Origin: Girardia tigrina
Taxonomy: Eukaryota
Assembly: GCA_001938485.1 (NCBI GenBank)
Contig: MQRK01186600.1
Coordinates: 1 to 64,000 of the forward strand
Length of the DNA: 64,000 bases
Direction: 5' to 3'
Below are positions 49,271 through 62,672 of the stretch, one piece after another. A program made the position numbers and the translations under genes. The notes below the pieces were generated by a model, which worked only from the letters and a program-made list of their open reading frames with translations, was not told where the DNA came from and did not search any database. The stretch's first letter is position 1. The number at the start of each line of letters is the position of its first letter.

Positions 49271-50334
49271 AAATGAAAGTTCTAAAAAAGTTCCCAAAAC
49301 AAGCATGAATCCAACACCAAATATAAATTTTGTTTTAATTATTTAATTAATGTATGATCCTCAATTATTTTTTGTACTAAAATGACTATTAACTTATTCT
49401 TAAAAAATATTTTTATAATTTATTATATTTTTCTTAATAATTTTATTAAATATTTTCTTGAATTTCCTTTTTTTTCTTTCTTTAGATGAAAATATTCATT
49501 AAAAATTTAATTTTCGAGATTTAATTTTTTTTTCTTTTAATTTATCATAAATGAATCGAACTTTCTATTTTTGCTCATAATATCGGAGAATAATTTGTTT
49601 ATTCAATCATTGATAAACCAACAAAATATTTGACGAATGTTTGTTTATTCTCGATCCTGTCTTAAAATAAATACATTCTTTAACAGTTTATTCAGACATT
49701 ATTTTATTTGTATCGCGCACTGCTCATAAGTTACAAAATAAAATACTTATTATATTATTTATTATTCTTAATTATAACAATAAAATAATTATAATATTTT
49801 TTCATAATTCAGCCACTAATATTCTTATTTATTTGGAAGAAGTTCTAATTAAAATATTTTTAGTGATTTTATTTTTATTTTAAAAATATTTAGAGATTTT
49901 TTGTCATTCAAATTTCTGTAAAATAATTCAATATATCATAAAGACACAAAATTTGTGAAATACTTCACCTGATACTTAATATCTTTCAATCATGATAAAA
50001 CTCGCTTAGACTCTTTCTTTCCGTTATTGTTAAATCCAATTATAATCATTTTATTAACTGTTTCATAATTATCAATCCATAAAAAAGAAACTCAGGGATT
50101 TTGCCTAATCGTTTAGCTTCTTTTCCACATAATATAGAATTTTGATGACCCAAATACTATAAAGATTCTTTAGGTAATTAAAAGTTAATTCTCAAACATC
50201 AATCACCACATTTTTATCTCCTTATGTTGTTTCTTTTACCTATTCCGTGAAATTTTTATTTTTGTATTTTATATATATATAACACTATTAAAATACTGTT
50301 TAACAAATTTTCTGACAAGTTTGATAATTTATAT

Positions 50335-50978
50335 CAGTGTTTCCCAACGTAGGGTGTCGCCCAACAAGGGACAATCCGGTTTTTAAGAAGCGAAATTCGA
50401 AAGTTGATTCATCTTAAAATGAACGTGATAAATTTTATGGTGATTTAAGCTGTGTTTTGTTTGACGCAATCGGCACAATGTAATTAAATCTAATCGCCGC
50501 CGATATAATTAATATAATGACATAGCAGCAGCCGTCACCGGCCGGCAGATTAATAACGTTATCATGTCGATATCTACCTCTGCAAACGGTGTCAAAGATA
50601 GCACAGCTTTCGGATAATAATTTAATAATAATTTTATAAGATGAAATAGTACAAGAATTTAATATTCATAGAATCTCTTTATTTATGAAGATTAAAATTT
50701 TTGAAAAAATAAGTTTAAATTTTTAGATAAAACTCAATAATTTTTAATGGTAAATATTTTTATATTTTCGAAGTTTTTCGTTCTCTAATAATTATTTTGA
50801 AAAGTTGCTGTTTTTTTGTTAACAATTTTCTAGTTTTAATTCAGTGTACAATCAATTTCTAATTATCAAGAATTGTGTATAATTATATTCCGGAAAAAAA
50901 GAAGGGGAAGTGGAGGGAGCAATAACAATTTTTGGAAGACTTTTGTGTGACATGGCACAAAAAGTTTAGGAAACATTG
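50335..50978. mobile_element. hAT (Buster-type) MITE
   Basis: TIR CAGTGTTTCCCAA / TTAGGAAACATTG; 8-bp TSD ATTTATAT/ATTTGTAT. Confidence 0.75.
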
Positions 50979-53900
50979 ATTTGTATAAAACATTTACTGG
51001 TAGATATGAATGTTTATGGTCTTACGGTACATTTATAACGATAAAAAATAATATTTTATTCAAATTGAAAAATTGTAATTCAACGTCAAAAGCATTTAAA
51101 GGTCGGGCTACTAAAATTTCAAAAGATAATTTGATAATTTTCCCTTTTAAACATGTAATTTGAGCAAAAAACCGGTAAGAAGACTTTATAATTAATATCA
51201 TTATTATAACTTCAACAAAAATTAATTTCGTTTCCTTATAATTATCATATACCAAGACATAGAATTAAACCTAAATGTTAGATATAAAAAATTGCCTTTA
51301 AATTCAAGTAAACAAATAAATAAATAAGAAGAAAATAAATAAATAAAAAATTATGAAAAAACAAAACACAAAGTCATTTCATTCATACTTTTATTCAAAG
51401 GCTTCCTCAGTATTAAGATAATATATAAATAAAGATTTGTCCACCATTTGAAAATTATTACAATTTTCGCATCTCTTAAAATATTTTGATATGATAGAAA
51501 GAATCACTTTTGAAATTTAAGCAAGGTTTAAAATGGTTAATTAATTGTGCTTCAGGGACTATTTTTTCATAAGTCTATGGAACTTGTCCAGTAAAATTCT
51601 AAAATCATTATCATGGTTTTATTCAAACTAAAACTTCCCTGACAATTGCTAATATGGTCAACAACAGTACAATTATAGTGCGGAGAGGAAGATTTACTCT
51701 CCAATGTCTAAGGATTCACACTTGTGACATTTATATCGATAAATCAAATTTGCCTTCACATTCAATGGAGTTTTGGTTTTATTAGAAAAATAATTTCCAC
51801 ATTGATTAGTGGTAAAAATTATTCTAACTTTGGCTATGGTTGGTGATCTCCTTTTTATGAACTTTTTAAATTCTTTAGCACCACCATAGAAATATATTTT
51901 TAGATTGAATTTAATTAGATTACGATATTCAATTTTAATTATTGATAATGAATTAATAGATTTTAAATAAATAGAACCAATAATGTTTTTATGGTGTTAT
52001 TCCAATAAAACTTTTTATAAATAAAAAATCTTTATTACATCTGTACTTCATAGAAAAATAAAAATTACTTTATTTAACATAAAAAATATTAAAACTAATA
52101 TATATATATATATATATATTTGATTTTAAAATAATAAATATTTATTTTGGTTTAAAATGTCTGCGATTTGACATGAAGAAAAAATTTCCTTTTGAGATAG
52201 TCGTTATATGTGTCATCCTTTATTTTTTTCAACCCCAGTGCCAATATTTCTATGAAGGCAAAAGTCTTGTCTTGATTATCACAAAACAAATTAATTAAAT
52301 ATAAAAAAAAACAAAATTGAAAATCTAAAAAGAATAAAACTATTAATAATAAAATAAATTAAATTAAAATAAAATAAAATAAAATAAAATAAAATCAATT
52401 AGAAAATATATATAATTGAGTGTTTATATATTTTATTTTAATTTATATTTATACATAAATAAGACAAAAAACTACTTCGGTATGGGAAATGTTGTCAAAA
52501 ATCGTTAGAAAAAATTCTAAAGAGATTTGTAAAAACTTCTTCATTTGTCTCGTTTTAAATTGAATGTCAAATTTCCATTTTTAGTTTGAATAATTTTTTT
52601 ATTAATTATCCTTCAATATTCTTCGAATTGTGCCTAAATCACCTTGTCAGAATCTTAAAAAAATCTTTTATCTTCCTCTATATTTTCTTAAAATTAATGG
52701 AATTTGAGAATCATTAATATTATCTGAACTCAGTTAAATTATGACTTTGATATTAATTTTTTTTTCAAAATAAAATTTAAAAAATGAATAAATTTTTTTT
52801 TATTAAAAGTATGTTGAAATTATTTTTTTTGTTAAATTTTTGTCATTAAAAATACGTAATAACCTCCAAGTTTTGTTCTACTAAAATTTTTTTGTATTAG
52901 TAATTATTTTTTCTTTTGTTCTGAAAAATTACAAATAAAAATATAAATAAAATAATTTTTTAATTGAATACTTTTAGTTTTTGTTAGTTTGCAAGCAAAT
53001 TGATCATCAAGTATCATAATGTACAGTGTATACTGGCTTATAAAACCATTTTTGTTCCAACGCTGATGTTTTTAACAAGAAGAGTAACCATTTTTTGTTT
53101 TTGCGTATTTTACCATCAATATTAAAATTTATGTTAATACTATTATTTATGCATCTTCTTAGAGGTTAAGATAATTGTCCGTCTCTGTACTCCTCCACTA
53201 TGGCTCTGCTCACAGTACCCAGAGGAATGCTACCTTTCGTTTGGAACCACTGATCTCAGTTAAAGGTGACAAAATTATAAACATTACAATTTTTTAATTC
53301 TTGGCAAAATGCATTAGCAGGTATAAATAAAATTAATTTATTAATCAAAGCACTAATGAAATTACAAACTTTTCTGAGGAAACATTTTCCATAATACTGG
53401 ACTTTGCATGGTGTATTGTTGGACCTCTCTTATAAGTTTATAATTGTTTATATATGTCATACAAAGTATCATATATAGAAAAAATAACATTTATTTTTGG
53501 CTCTTCAATCATCTATTAGTTTTATAACATTTTTGGCACTTCTCTAGGAGAAATATATAAGAACCGCAAACCCTGTGTCGCTCAGATGACGTTTCCAGAT
53601 ATACATTCTTTATATATTTTTTTCTAAAATAATTCTGCTCAGTGAATTATTTATAACAAGAAGATAATATGCAGCTTACTCTTTTGATATGAGGCTGAAG
53701 TATTTTAAGATACTATTACCTTATCCAACAGTATCTTTCAGTCCGTATTCCTTTACATTTTTCATCTCCCAATTGTACTTCTTCATATCTTCAAAGATGA
53801 TTTATTTCCATTTAATTTCCACTCAGCCGACTCATTTTTGATTTCAAAAAAGTACATGCTGTGTGGACTATCATTTGAACTAGAGATATCACGTCGAGAA

Positions 53901-54057
53901 TTCTCGAAAAATATTTCTCGAGATTGTTTGAAAATTACCAAATAATTTTTCTCGAAAAAATTTACATTTAAAATTTTAATTAAATTCTTTTTATAAAAAA
54001 CAATGCTTTTTTATTTCACTTAACACTAATAATTATATTTAAGACTTTCTGACATTA

Positions 54058-54788
54058 CCGTATTATCGCGCAGATAAGATATCTGAGAACAAATGAAAGT
54101 TAAAAAGAAAGAAAAAGTAGTTGAGACTTATACAACCCATATAATAAAATGTAATTTTTTAATTAGAATTTTCTAATTTAAAGGAAGTTTTATATTAGTG
54201 AAAAAAGTTTACAAAAAATTTTTACAAAAAAGCCATATTTTTCAATAACTCTATATAGTTATTTTGCGCTATAAGCCGCGGCTTATCTGTCAAAAAAGTG
54301 CATTTTTAAAAAAAAAACTCATGTGCGACTTATTAGGAACATTAATTGAGTTTCCTTTACATTTATTATTATCACAATTTGAATTGCCACTAGAACAATT
54401 CTCCGTAAAACTTGCGTAGCTCGACATTGTTCTTGATTGATAATCTTTAATAATATTCTTTAACGTTTTATTATTCAAATTTAAATCACAATTTAATTAT
54501 TACTAAAATAATTTATACTTTAAATTTAAAATAATTTTTATTTATTTTAAGAAAATATTATTAAAATATTATTTATGAAATATTAATTTGATTTTAAAGT
54601 GATTATTTAAATTTTAATAATTGATTAAACAACTCGATGTTTTAAAATATTTAAAATGTCAATCTTCTATCTGGGTAGGAGAAACACAATCAAAAAACAA
54701 CATACCAAACAACACACAATAAACACCATTCAAAAATATTCCTCATACGACTTATGCCTCCTTGCGACTTATCTGCGAGATAATAAAA
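54058..54788. mobile_element. pogo-type MITE nested in the hAT element
   Basis: TIR TATTATCxCGCAGATAAG. Confidence 0.65.
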
Positions 54789-55329
54789 ATGAGAATTGTT
54801 TAAATGCTTATTGATAAATAAATATTTGAATTTCTAATCGCTGTTTTGAAGAACAATCAATTTAACTTTAATACGACAACATCAAAACAAATTTATCCTC
54901 CAAATTTAAGTAATATCTATGCAATATTTAATAATTGATACTTTTTTAATTTAGATACATTAAAAAATCTAAATACTCATAGATCAACAAAAAAGAGACT
55001 GAGCGTTGGAGTTTTTTAGGAAATCTGCGACCAACAACGATTTATCTACTTGGAAGTTGTGTAAGAAACTGTAAAAGTTACTATTTTGAAAATTGCAAAA
55101 TAGTAAATTTTACTCGCAAATAAATAAAAATTGTAACAACTTTCTAACCAATCAATAAATTTCTAACTAAACACTAGACAATTAACTAAAATAAATAAAT
55201 AAATATAACCCGTTCCTCAATGAAAAATTTATTTGTTCATAACATTAAAAATGAAACGAATCACTTTGCAACGGTAATTAATGTTAATTTATTATTTTAT
55301 TGATTGATTTCATTCAATTCTATTATTCC

Positions 55330-55519
55330 TAGGATTCGAGTCCGACCAAACAAAACAAATGTTTTATAAATCCTAGATGGCGAAATATCAAAAATCGTGA
55401 TAGAAGATGAGACGATTTATCACCAACGGCGCTGTCGTTCTCCAAGATCATAGAAGAAATCGAATGAGGAAATCGTTCAGTCATTTGATCGCGAGGTATT
55501 CATGGATTTTGAAACTTTG
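55330..55519 (+). pseudogene. Cadherin-like fragment inside the hAT termini
   Basis: LDGEISKIVIED..EIVQSFDREVF; shares TTTGATCGCGAGG with the 40752-41090 relic; runs into an N gap. Confidence 0.3.
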
Positions 55520-55617
55520 NNNNNNNNNNNNNNNNNNNNNNAAATCACCACCAATTCTTGGGAAAATACGATATGGAAAATGATAAAAAAAGAATGTCAA
55601 CACGATGTGTAATTTAC

Positions 55618-56025
55618 TGTAAAAGAAAATAAAAGAATTTCGGTCGTTTGTTTGTTTTTTGTAATTATTCGGGAAAATTCGTGATTTTTTAAAAATGATT
55701 GTTTATAGCTGCGAGGACAAATCGGATTTTTCCGTTTATATAAATCACTCAATTATCCGTTGTATATACCCTCTTGTAGACAACCATATATCTAACTTGT
55801 GGAACTTTCTGTCCAACAATTCTTGGTGTTATTTATTAAGAAAAAATATTTCCACTGATTTATATCGGTATTGGTTCCGAGAGTATATTAATAATGAGTA
55901 AATGTAGCAGAAAAAACTATTTGGTTTTCACATAGTGTTAAAATAAAAGAGATTATAAATTTATTACAATTTTAATGAGCATCATACTACAATACCATTT
56001 ACATGTACAGAGTTTACAATTTACA
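55618..56025. mobile_element. Probable solo LTR, 408 bp
   Basis: TGTAAA..TTTACA termini, 5-bp TSD TTTAC. Confidence 0.6.
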
Positions 56026-57691
56026 TTTACATCGAAACACTCTTGTCACTCTGAACGAAAGTATCACAGAAACAATTGTCATGTCATGGATCTTCAACCA
56101 CTGGTTTAATACGGTATCTAGACCTTCTACATGAAACAAAAAATTAAGAAAAAATCCAAAAAGGAGACAGTAGATTAACCAAATTTTAAAAAACAAGCAA
56201 AATCAAATTACAAAATATCTCATGAAAACGTCGTTGGAAGAAAAGGTATTCGAATTAGCAGTTAAAGATGGTATTGTTACTAAGACTATTGTGAAAAGCC
56301 GAATTATTCGAGAAGGTTTTTCAGCAAATGGATGTTCATTACCAAACAGTCGAGCCAGCATACTTCAGTTAATTTAAGCTGTGAGAAGTATTTGTAACGT
56401 CAATATCAGAATTCATTTTACTCAAATTATATCTTTATTATAGAACAACTTTCAAACAAATTTTCCAACTATTTTTCTAATAAATAATTAATCCGCTGAT
56501 TTCTATTTTCAAATAATTTTTAATCGATTTATAATTTTAATCAAATCAAAACAACATTCAACTTTTTAAAATTTTTAAACAAAAATATTTATAAAAATGA
56601 TTTTACATATATTAAAAATATTTTTAAAAAAATATTTAATGTTTAAATATGTTTTTTTACTTTAATCTTTTTATACAGTTTTTATAATTTTTTTTCAACT
56701 GAAATCTTATATGCTGTTTTTTTTTACTTTTGCGTTGTTTTTTTAAAAAACCATTTTTAGTATTTTATTATTTTAGAAATTTTGAAAATACGTTATATTT
56801 AATATTCAATTTTTTATTTTTAAGTATTAATTTTTTAATCATATCATTAAATTAATTCAAAATTAGAAAATACATTTTTCAAACATTAATAAAATTTTTA
56901 ATAAAGAATGTTTTTTAATTAATGTTTTAAAATTAAGAATGTTTTTAAATTCAAATCTGAAATACTTAATTAATTTTTAAAATTTTCAATTTGATTTTAA
57001 TTCAAGATAATCTGTTTTAAAACTATGTAAATTTTGATCAGCGAACCAAAAATTAATTACTTCCTCATATTAGCTTACTACAAAACCAAGAAAATTTGTC
57101 TGATTGAAAAATTTTATGAAATCAAACTAAGAAATGTATGATTCAGTATATCATGTGCATATCAAAAATTAGAAAAGGCTATAGGTTTCTATTAATAAAA
57201 TTATGTGCCTAATAATTTCAATAATTATCAATTTCTTTTAAGAGAATTTAATTTGTACGAATCTACAGGACAAAGGACTGATAATTTATTGAAATTATTC
57301 AACGCAATTAAAACGATTAAACCTACATCCACCGAAAACGAAAGGTGTTTTTCAGTCTAATAATTTTGTTACAAAAACAAGAAATAGATTGGGAGATAAG
57401 ACGGTCGATATGCTTTGTTTTTCGAAAAGCCATTTCTAATAAAAACTGATGTTTTTGTAATACATCTTTTGTTTTCCTTATTTATTTTTCAAAGTAGTAT
57501 ATATGAAAAAATACAGATTTTTATTTTCTGATTACGATGACTATGTTTAGTCAATTATTTAAAATTTAGTAATTGTTTAAATTGTTTTTAAAATTTTCTG
57601 GAGAATTCTCGATTCTCGAGAAAATATTTAATTTATTCTTAACTTCTCGAGAATTTAAAAATGTCAAGAAATTGACATCTCTATTTGAAAC

Positions 57692-60600
57692 TGTTTGTGA
57701 AAATAAAAAGTAATTTTCGTTTCGGTGTTGTTTATTGCAAATACAACTAGCAAAATAATAAAGTAATTTTAGATCACTTGGAGAATTTCGAAGGCAGTGG
57801 AAATTTCAAGATGTGGCCCAAAAATTTTGCAATTATAATAAAGATTCAAGGGATTGCTGACCCGGCTCCGTATCTAGCATTTTTATTACGGAAGTTCTGT
57901 TGGTGTTTGAAAAAATTAAGCAAAGTTCATGGGATGAGGCTTTCAGAGTGCTGAACAGTTCGTTTGAATTGACCAGGTACTAAATTTTTATTTTGGTTTA
58001 CATTTCAGAGAAAGCAAGACGATTGACGAATACCCTACCAAATAAAAAAAGGTTAGTCTCTAAAATCGACGATATATCTAACGCAGCTTGTATGGAATAC
58101 AAATCGGAATACAAATGGAGTTGAAATAAGTTGGCGACCAACCGTTTGACAAAATAATTGAGTGTGGTCTAAGGTATTGAGGAATCAAGGGTTGTCTTTT
58201 GGGGGGAACCATGACGGTTATGTAGAATGGAAGTCCCGACAAGAAGCACATCGTAAACGGGGAGAGGGACGATGTAAGACTGGAAAGAGGTAATCAAGGA
58301 CGATAGATCAGGTACGTAGTTTGCTTTTGGTGTCAGAAGCAGGGTAAAGTCACTAAATATTATAGAGGGGAGTTTGTAGGCGTCAGCTCTCTCTCCATGA
58401 AGGTATATGCGTTACCAGAGATAACGACAAGTGCTACAGGTCAATCAATAGTTGCATTAGTAGATTTCGGATGTTAGAAAACGATAGTGAAAGTGTGTTA
58501 GTTCATAATAACGTTGATTTATTTTGAGGGAGATGTTTTGGCGGACGAAAGGGACGTCAGGGTTAATTCTGGTAAAGTGCGGTCCATTAGAGTCGAATGT
58601 TTAGTTATTTATCATATAAACTAGGAGTGTTAATCGATATACATATCATTGAGGGGTTAGAAAGGATTATAATTCACAGGAGCTACATTGACTTTGATGA
58701 CGAGCTTAAAGTTGAAGATATGAACTTCAGGTGCTCAGCCACAGAAGTCACCCAAGTTTGCATAAAGAAACATAATTTTGAAATCTAGTTCAATGAAATC
58801 TCGGTGGTAAGATGTAATTTGAAAAACGTAGAACCCAGTTATCTTCTGAGAATTTTCACTATAGGCTGATTTCCCCATTGTTTTCTGTGACGAATCCAAC
58901 CGGATCAGTATTCATTCGTCGGGTTTTCTCGTTTAGCCAATACTGGCAATTCGTCTCACATGGCACTCTAGCCTTCGAATTTTCATCAAACTACCTGCAC
59001 CTAAACCGCTCGCATTGTGAGTTCACCGGACTAATGTTCAGTAACAGACTAAACAGTGAAATCAGCATTTGTACAATGAATTCTATGTGAGAATTTCGGT
59101 ACATTCATTTTGACTTGACCAGAAAAATGCTTTTTGACATTGATTGATTTGACGATTAATTATGTTCATTAACATCATGATATCAATTGTGTTATCAATA
59201 AACATTACTCTTCTCTGTTATCTAATTATTCTACAACGGTAATGTAAGAAATTATATCTGTTTTCTCTTTCATTACAATGCAAGCAAATAATAATGAGCT
59301 ACGTTTATTTTTCGACTTTAATAATTACGCATAAGTAAGTTGACGTTTATAACGGCTGGGCCTATATTTGTTGGATAAGTTGCTCAAATTACATCGTAGG
59401 GGTTCCATATTTTACATGCTTCATTTGTCAGAGGCGTACATGCAGGTACAGTTTCACAAGGAAACTGTTTTATGGAACTATCAATCAAGTGGGGGAATAA
59501 GAAGGGGAAAGTCAAATCTGAGAATAAGTCAGTTGTTTCTTCGCAGATCGTGGGAAGCTAAGCACAAGGAATTTTAGTGAGTTGTTGATTACGAAAAAAC
59601 TATACCAAGGGTATAATATAGATTTTCTAAATGGCTAAAAGAACTTGGTGGATGAATTGACTATGATATCGAGTCAATTTAAATGGGGCAACTATTGCTT
59701 CTTAGTTACAAATAATCAAGTCAAGTTCCTTGAACTTCACAATAAGTATCATTTTAAAACGAGAAGAATAAAATATTTCTGCGACAGACTGGAAATCCGA
59801 ATGCTGGAAGCGGATATCAAGAATTTAATTTAAAATTGTTAGAGATACCAATTTATTGACCCTTTGAAATATTTTTGACCCTTTGAAATGGAAGAATGGG
59901 ACTCTGAGTATTGAAAAAAAATGGATGAAGTTTGATGTAGCTGTCACTAAGTACAATCAGAAGAAGTGTTTGAGTATCGTTGATTGTAATTCTCCCTGCT
60001 TCACAACTTGGAAGCCAATAACGACAGAAAATGTCAAGTCTATTATATCGGAAATTGCAATTTTATTTAATGAACATTTATCTATCCCACTTAACTATCA
60101 AACGTTTCACTCATCTGAATTCAATAAATTGATGGAAAGGTGGGATGCCGAAGTCATATATAAAACGGCACCGTTTAGAAAATTGCTTGACTTTCGAATA
60201 TTTATATTTTCTAAGCTGTATTTTGGTATAATAACACTCCACCCGACAACAAGCAATCGCCGAACTTGGAATTTTATAACTACATTATCAACTAGTTTAA
60301 AATTTCTTATTAAACTGGCAGGGGGTGCGTATAATGAAAGTTATTACGTTGTAGAAAATTAGGTTGTGGGGGTGAAGCCGGAAAGCGGTACGTCGTATAC
60401 ACGATAGTGAATGAAGGGAGTCGTCGTGAAACATGTAGATTCGGCGAAGTATTTGATAAGTTGTGATGGTTTCAGTACCCCTTGACTTTTGCTAGCGTCA
60501 GATTATGGCAACCTGATCCTCTCGATAATTCAAACCCGAAATATTGGGACGGCGACTATAATGAGCCGGTGTCAGGTAATCGATTTCAGCAAGAACTGTC

Positions 60601-60762
60601 CTAAAATTTAGATAATTAACAATATTTAGATGATTATATTGTTAATTTAGATTCGAGTGGTGACGAATTTGGTAGGGATGTTTTAATAGTAAAAATTTAG
60701 TAATATTGTTTGAATAATTGAGAGTAATTTTCGTTTCGGTATTCTTTATTACGAATAAAACA
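57692..60762 (+). mobile_element. Decayed near-full-length Gypsy element with very short LTRs
   Basis: gag knuckle CFWCQKQG, protease ALVDFGC, RT LSEAYMQV, integrase KWKNGTLS..LSIVDC; PPT GGTAGGGA then LTR 60679-60762 (TG..CA) matching 57692-57747. Confidence 0.8.
58859..59068 (-). pseudogene. Signal peptide plus Ig-like fragment embedded in the Gypsy pol region
   Basis: MLISLFSLLLNISPVNSQCERFRCR*FDENSKARVPCETNCQYWLNEK..FVTENNGEISL*. Confidence 0.35.
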
Positions 60763-61108
60763 CTTTTTTAAATAAAATTATTTATATCTTTATCAGCAAA
60801 ACAAAAATTAACTTACTTTTTATATAAAGTTTGTAAATTTTTTTGATAATCCTTTACATTTAAATTAGAGCTTAAAGGTTGTATTGCACGCAATTTCAGC
60901 ATTAAATTTTAATTTAAATTTTAAATTAATTTACTTAATGTCGCACGGCGGAATTTGATGTATGATTTTTCTTTAATATATGTTCTTTTAAAATTTAATT
61001 AGTATTTTTTATGTCCCCCATCTTGTTAATCCTCGCAACCGGGAACCGAAAATAAATGTTAAACAAAAAACACAATCAACAAATTCAGTCAACAATTTTG
61101 TTTTAATA

Positions 61109-61288
61109 AACCTGATTCGCTCGATAATTCAAGCCCGAAATATTGGGACGGCGACCATAATGAGCCGGTGTCAGGTAATCGAATTCAGCAAGAACTGTCC
61201 TAAAATTTAGATAATTAACAATATTTAGATGATTATATTGTTAATTTAGATTCGCGTAGTGACGAATTTGGTAGGGATGTTGGAATAG
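61109..61288 (+). repeat. Displaced copy of the Gypsy 3' region 60510-60688
   Basis: About 175-bp near-identical direct repeat flanked by duplicated CAATTT(T)GTTTTAATAAAC. Confidence 0.9.
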
Positions 61289-62672
61289 CAATTTGTTTTA
61301 ATAAACAAAATTTGTTAAGATTTTAATTCAAATTAAAATTGTTGCGTCGAATTTTTTTCTTTTATTTTTCACACACAAAAAAGATAGAGCTTCATTGAGA
61401 AATAGATGTTTAATAAATAAAAAGAGCATTAATTTTAATTTTATTTATTTGCAATTAAGTTATTTTTTTTATGATTTAATATAATTTTTTATCCTTTATT
61501 TTACATAAATAATAGTAATCTCTTTTAATGCAGAATAAAAAACTTATTTTACTTACATACTTTAATGATAGAAAAAAGTAGAGCTATTAAACGACCATTA
61601 AAAATTATGCACAAATGTGTAATAAAATAAGTATAAAAATACAAATATTATATTAAATATTATTGACTTTCTATGCTATTTTAATATTATTTATTCTCAT
61701 TCTCTAAAAAGAATATTTTTTACAAATGTATCGATTGTTTGTTTCTTTTTCTCCCAAGGTTTTTTTAAAATAAACTTTTTTAGCGAACATTAAAATATTT
61801 ATTTAGATTATTGTTCTGGTATATTATTTATATTTTAATGATAAAGATTATTTCGTAATTTTAAATATTAATCTTTAGAAAATATAAAAAAATATAAAAT
61901 ATTATAAATTATTAAATTTATATTATACGAGAAGCACTGATTATATTTTTAAAAGGATAAAAATAATTAAATTGATAAAAATTAAGAAAATAAAATATCT
62001 TTCCAATAAAATTAAACGCAAAAAAGTTTAAATCAAACAAGATATTAATAAAAGATAATTTAAACAATAAATTAATAATGTGATTAAAAATATATTGTAA
62101 AGGATTTTGTAAAATAAACCTTTTCCAATCAAATTAAAACAACGATCGAAATTCTTTTTTAAAAGACGAATAAATATTTATTTTATTATTTTAAAATATA
62201 AAATTAATTAATAAAAACAAATGTAAAATTTATAAATAAACCAAAACGAAATGTCAAAACAAAGAATAACGCTCGCATAAATGATCAAAAGTTTAATATT
62301 TTTCTAATGAATTAAAACAATGTTGCGAAAATTTATTTAAACAAAAATTTATTAAAAGAATTTCAATTTATAAAATCAAATTTAAATTGAGTTAAAATAA
62401 TAAAATATTTAATTTACCAAAATTTCTAATATAAAAAGAGAGAAAATAAAACATTTTTTTGTTTTATTTATCGAGATTACCATGACCCTACATTTAAAAC
62501 ATTTCTTTTTCGCTTTTATAGAAGATAATCGAAACAAAAAATTAATGATAATTTATATTAAAAAATAAATTTTTTAGTTATAAAAATAAATAGATTAAGT
62601 TTACGGAATTGCTTAAGTCATCCCCATTTATGGACAAAGAAGCCAAAACAAAAAGTCGGGCTTTATTCCTTA

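Larger units (their letters stand above)
53881..57683 (+). mobile_element. hAT transposon relic with nested insertions (spans a short N gap)
   Basis: TIR TAGAGATxTCA, subterminal TCTCGAGA repeats; BED remnant HGSSTTGLIRYL, SLEEKVFELAVKDGI, IKPTSTENERCFS, RNRLGDKTVDMLCF. Confidence 0.8.
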
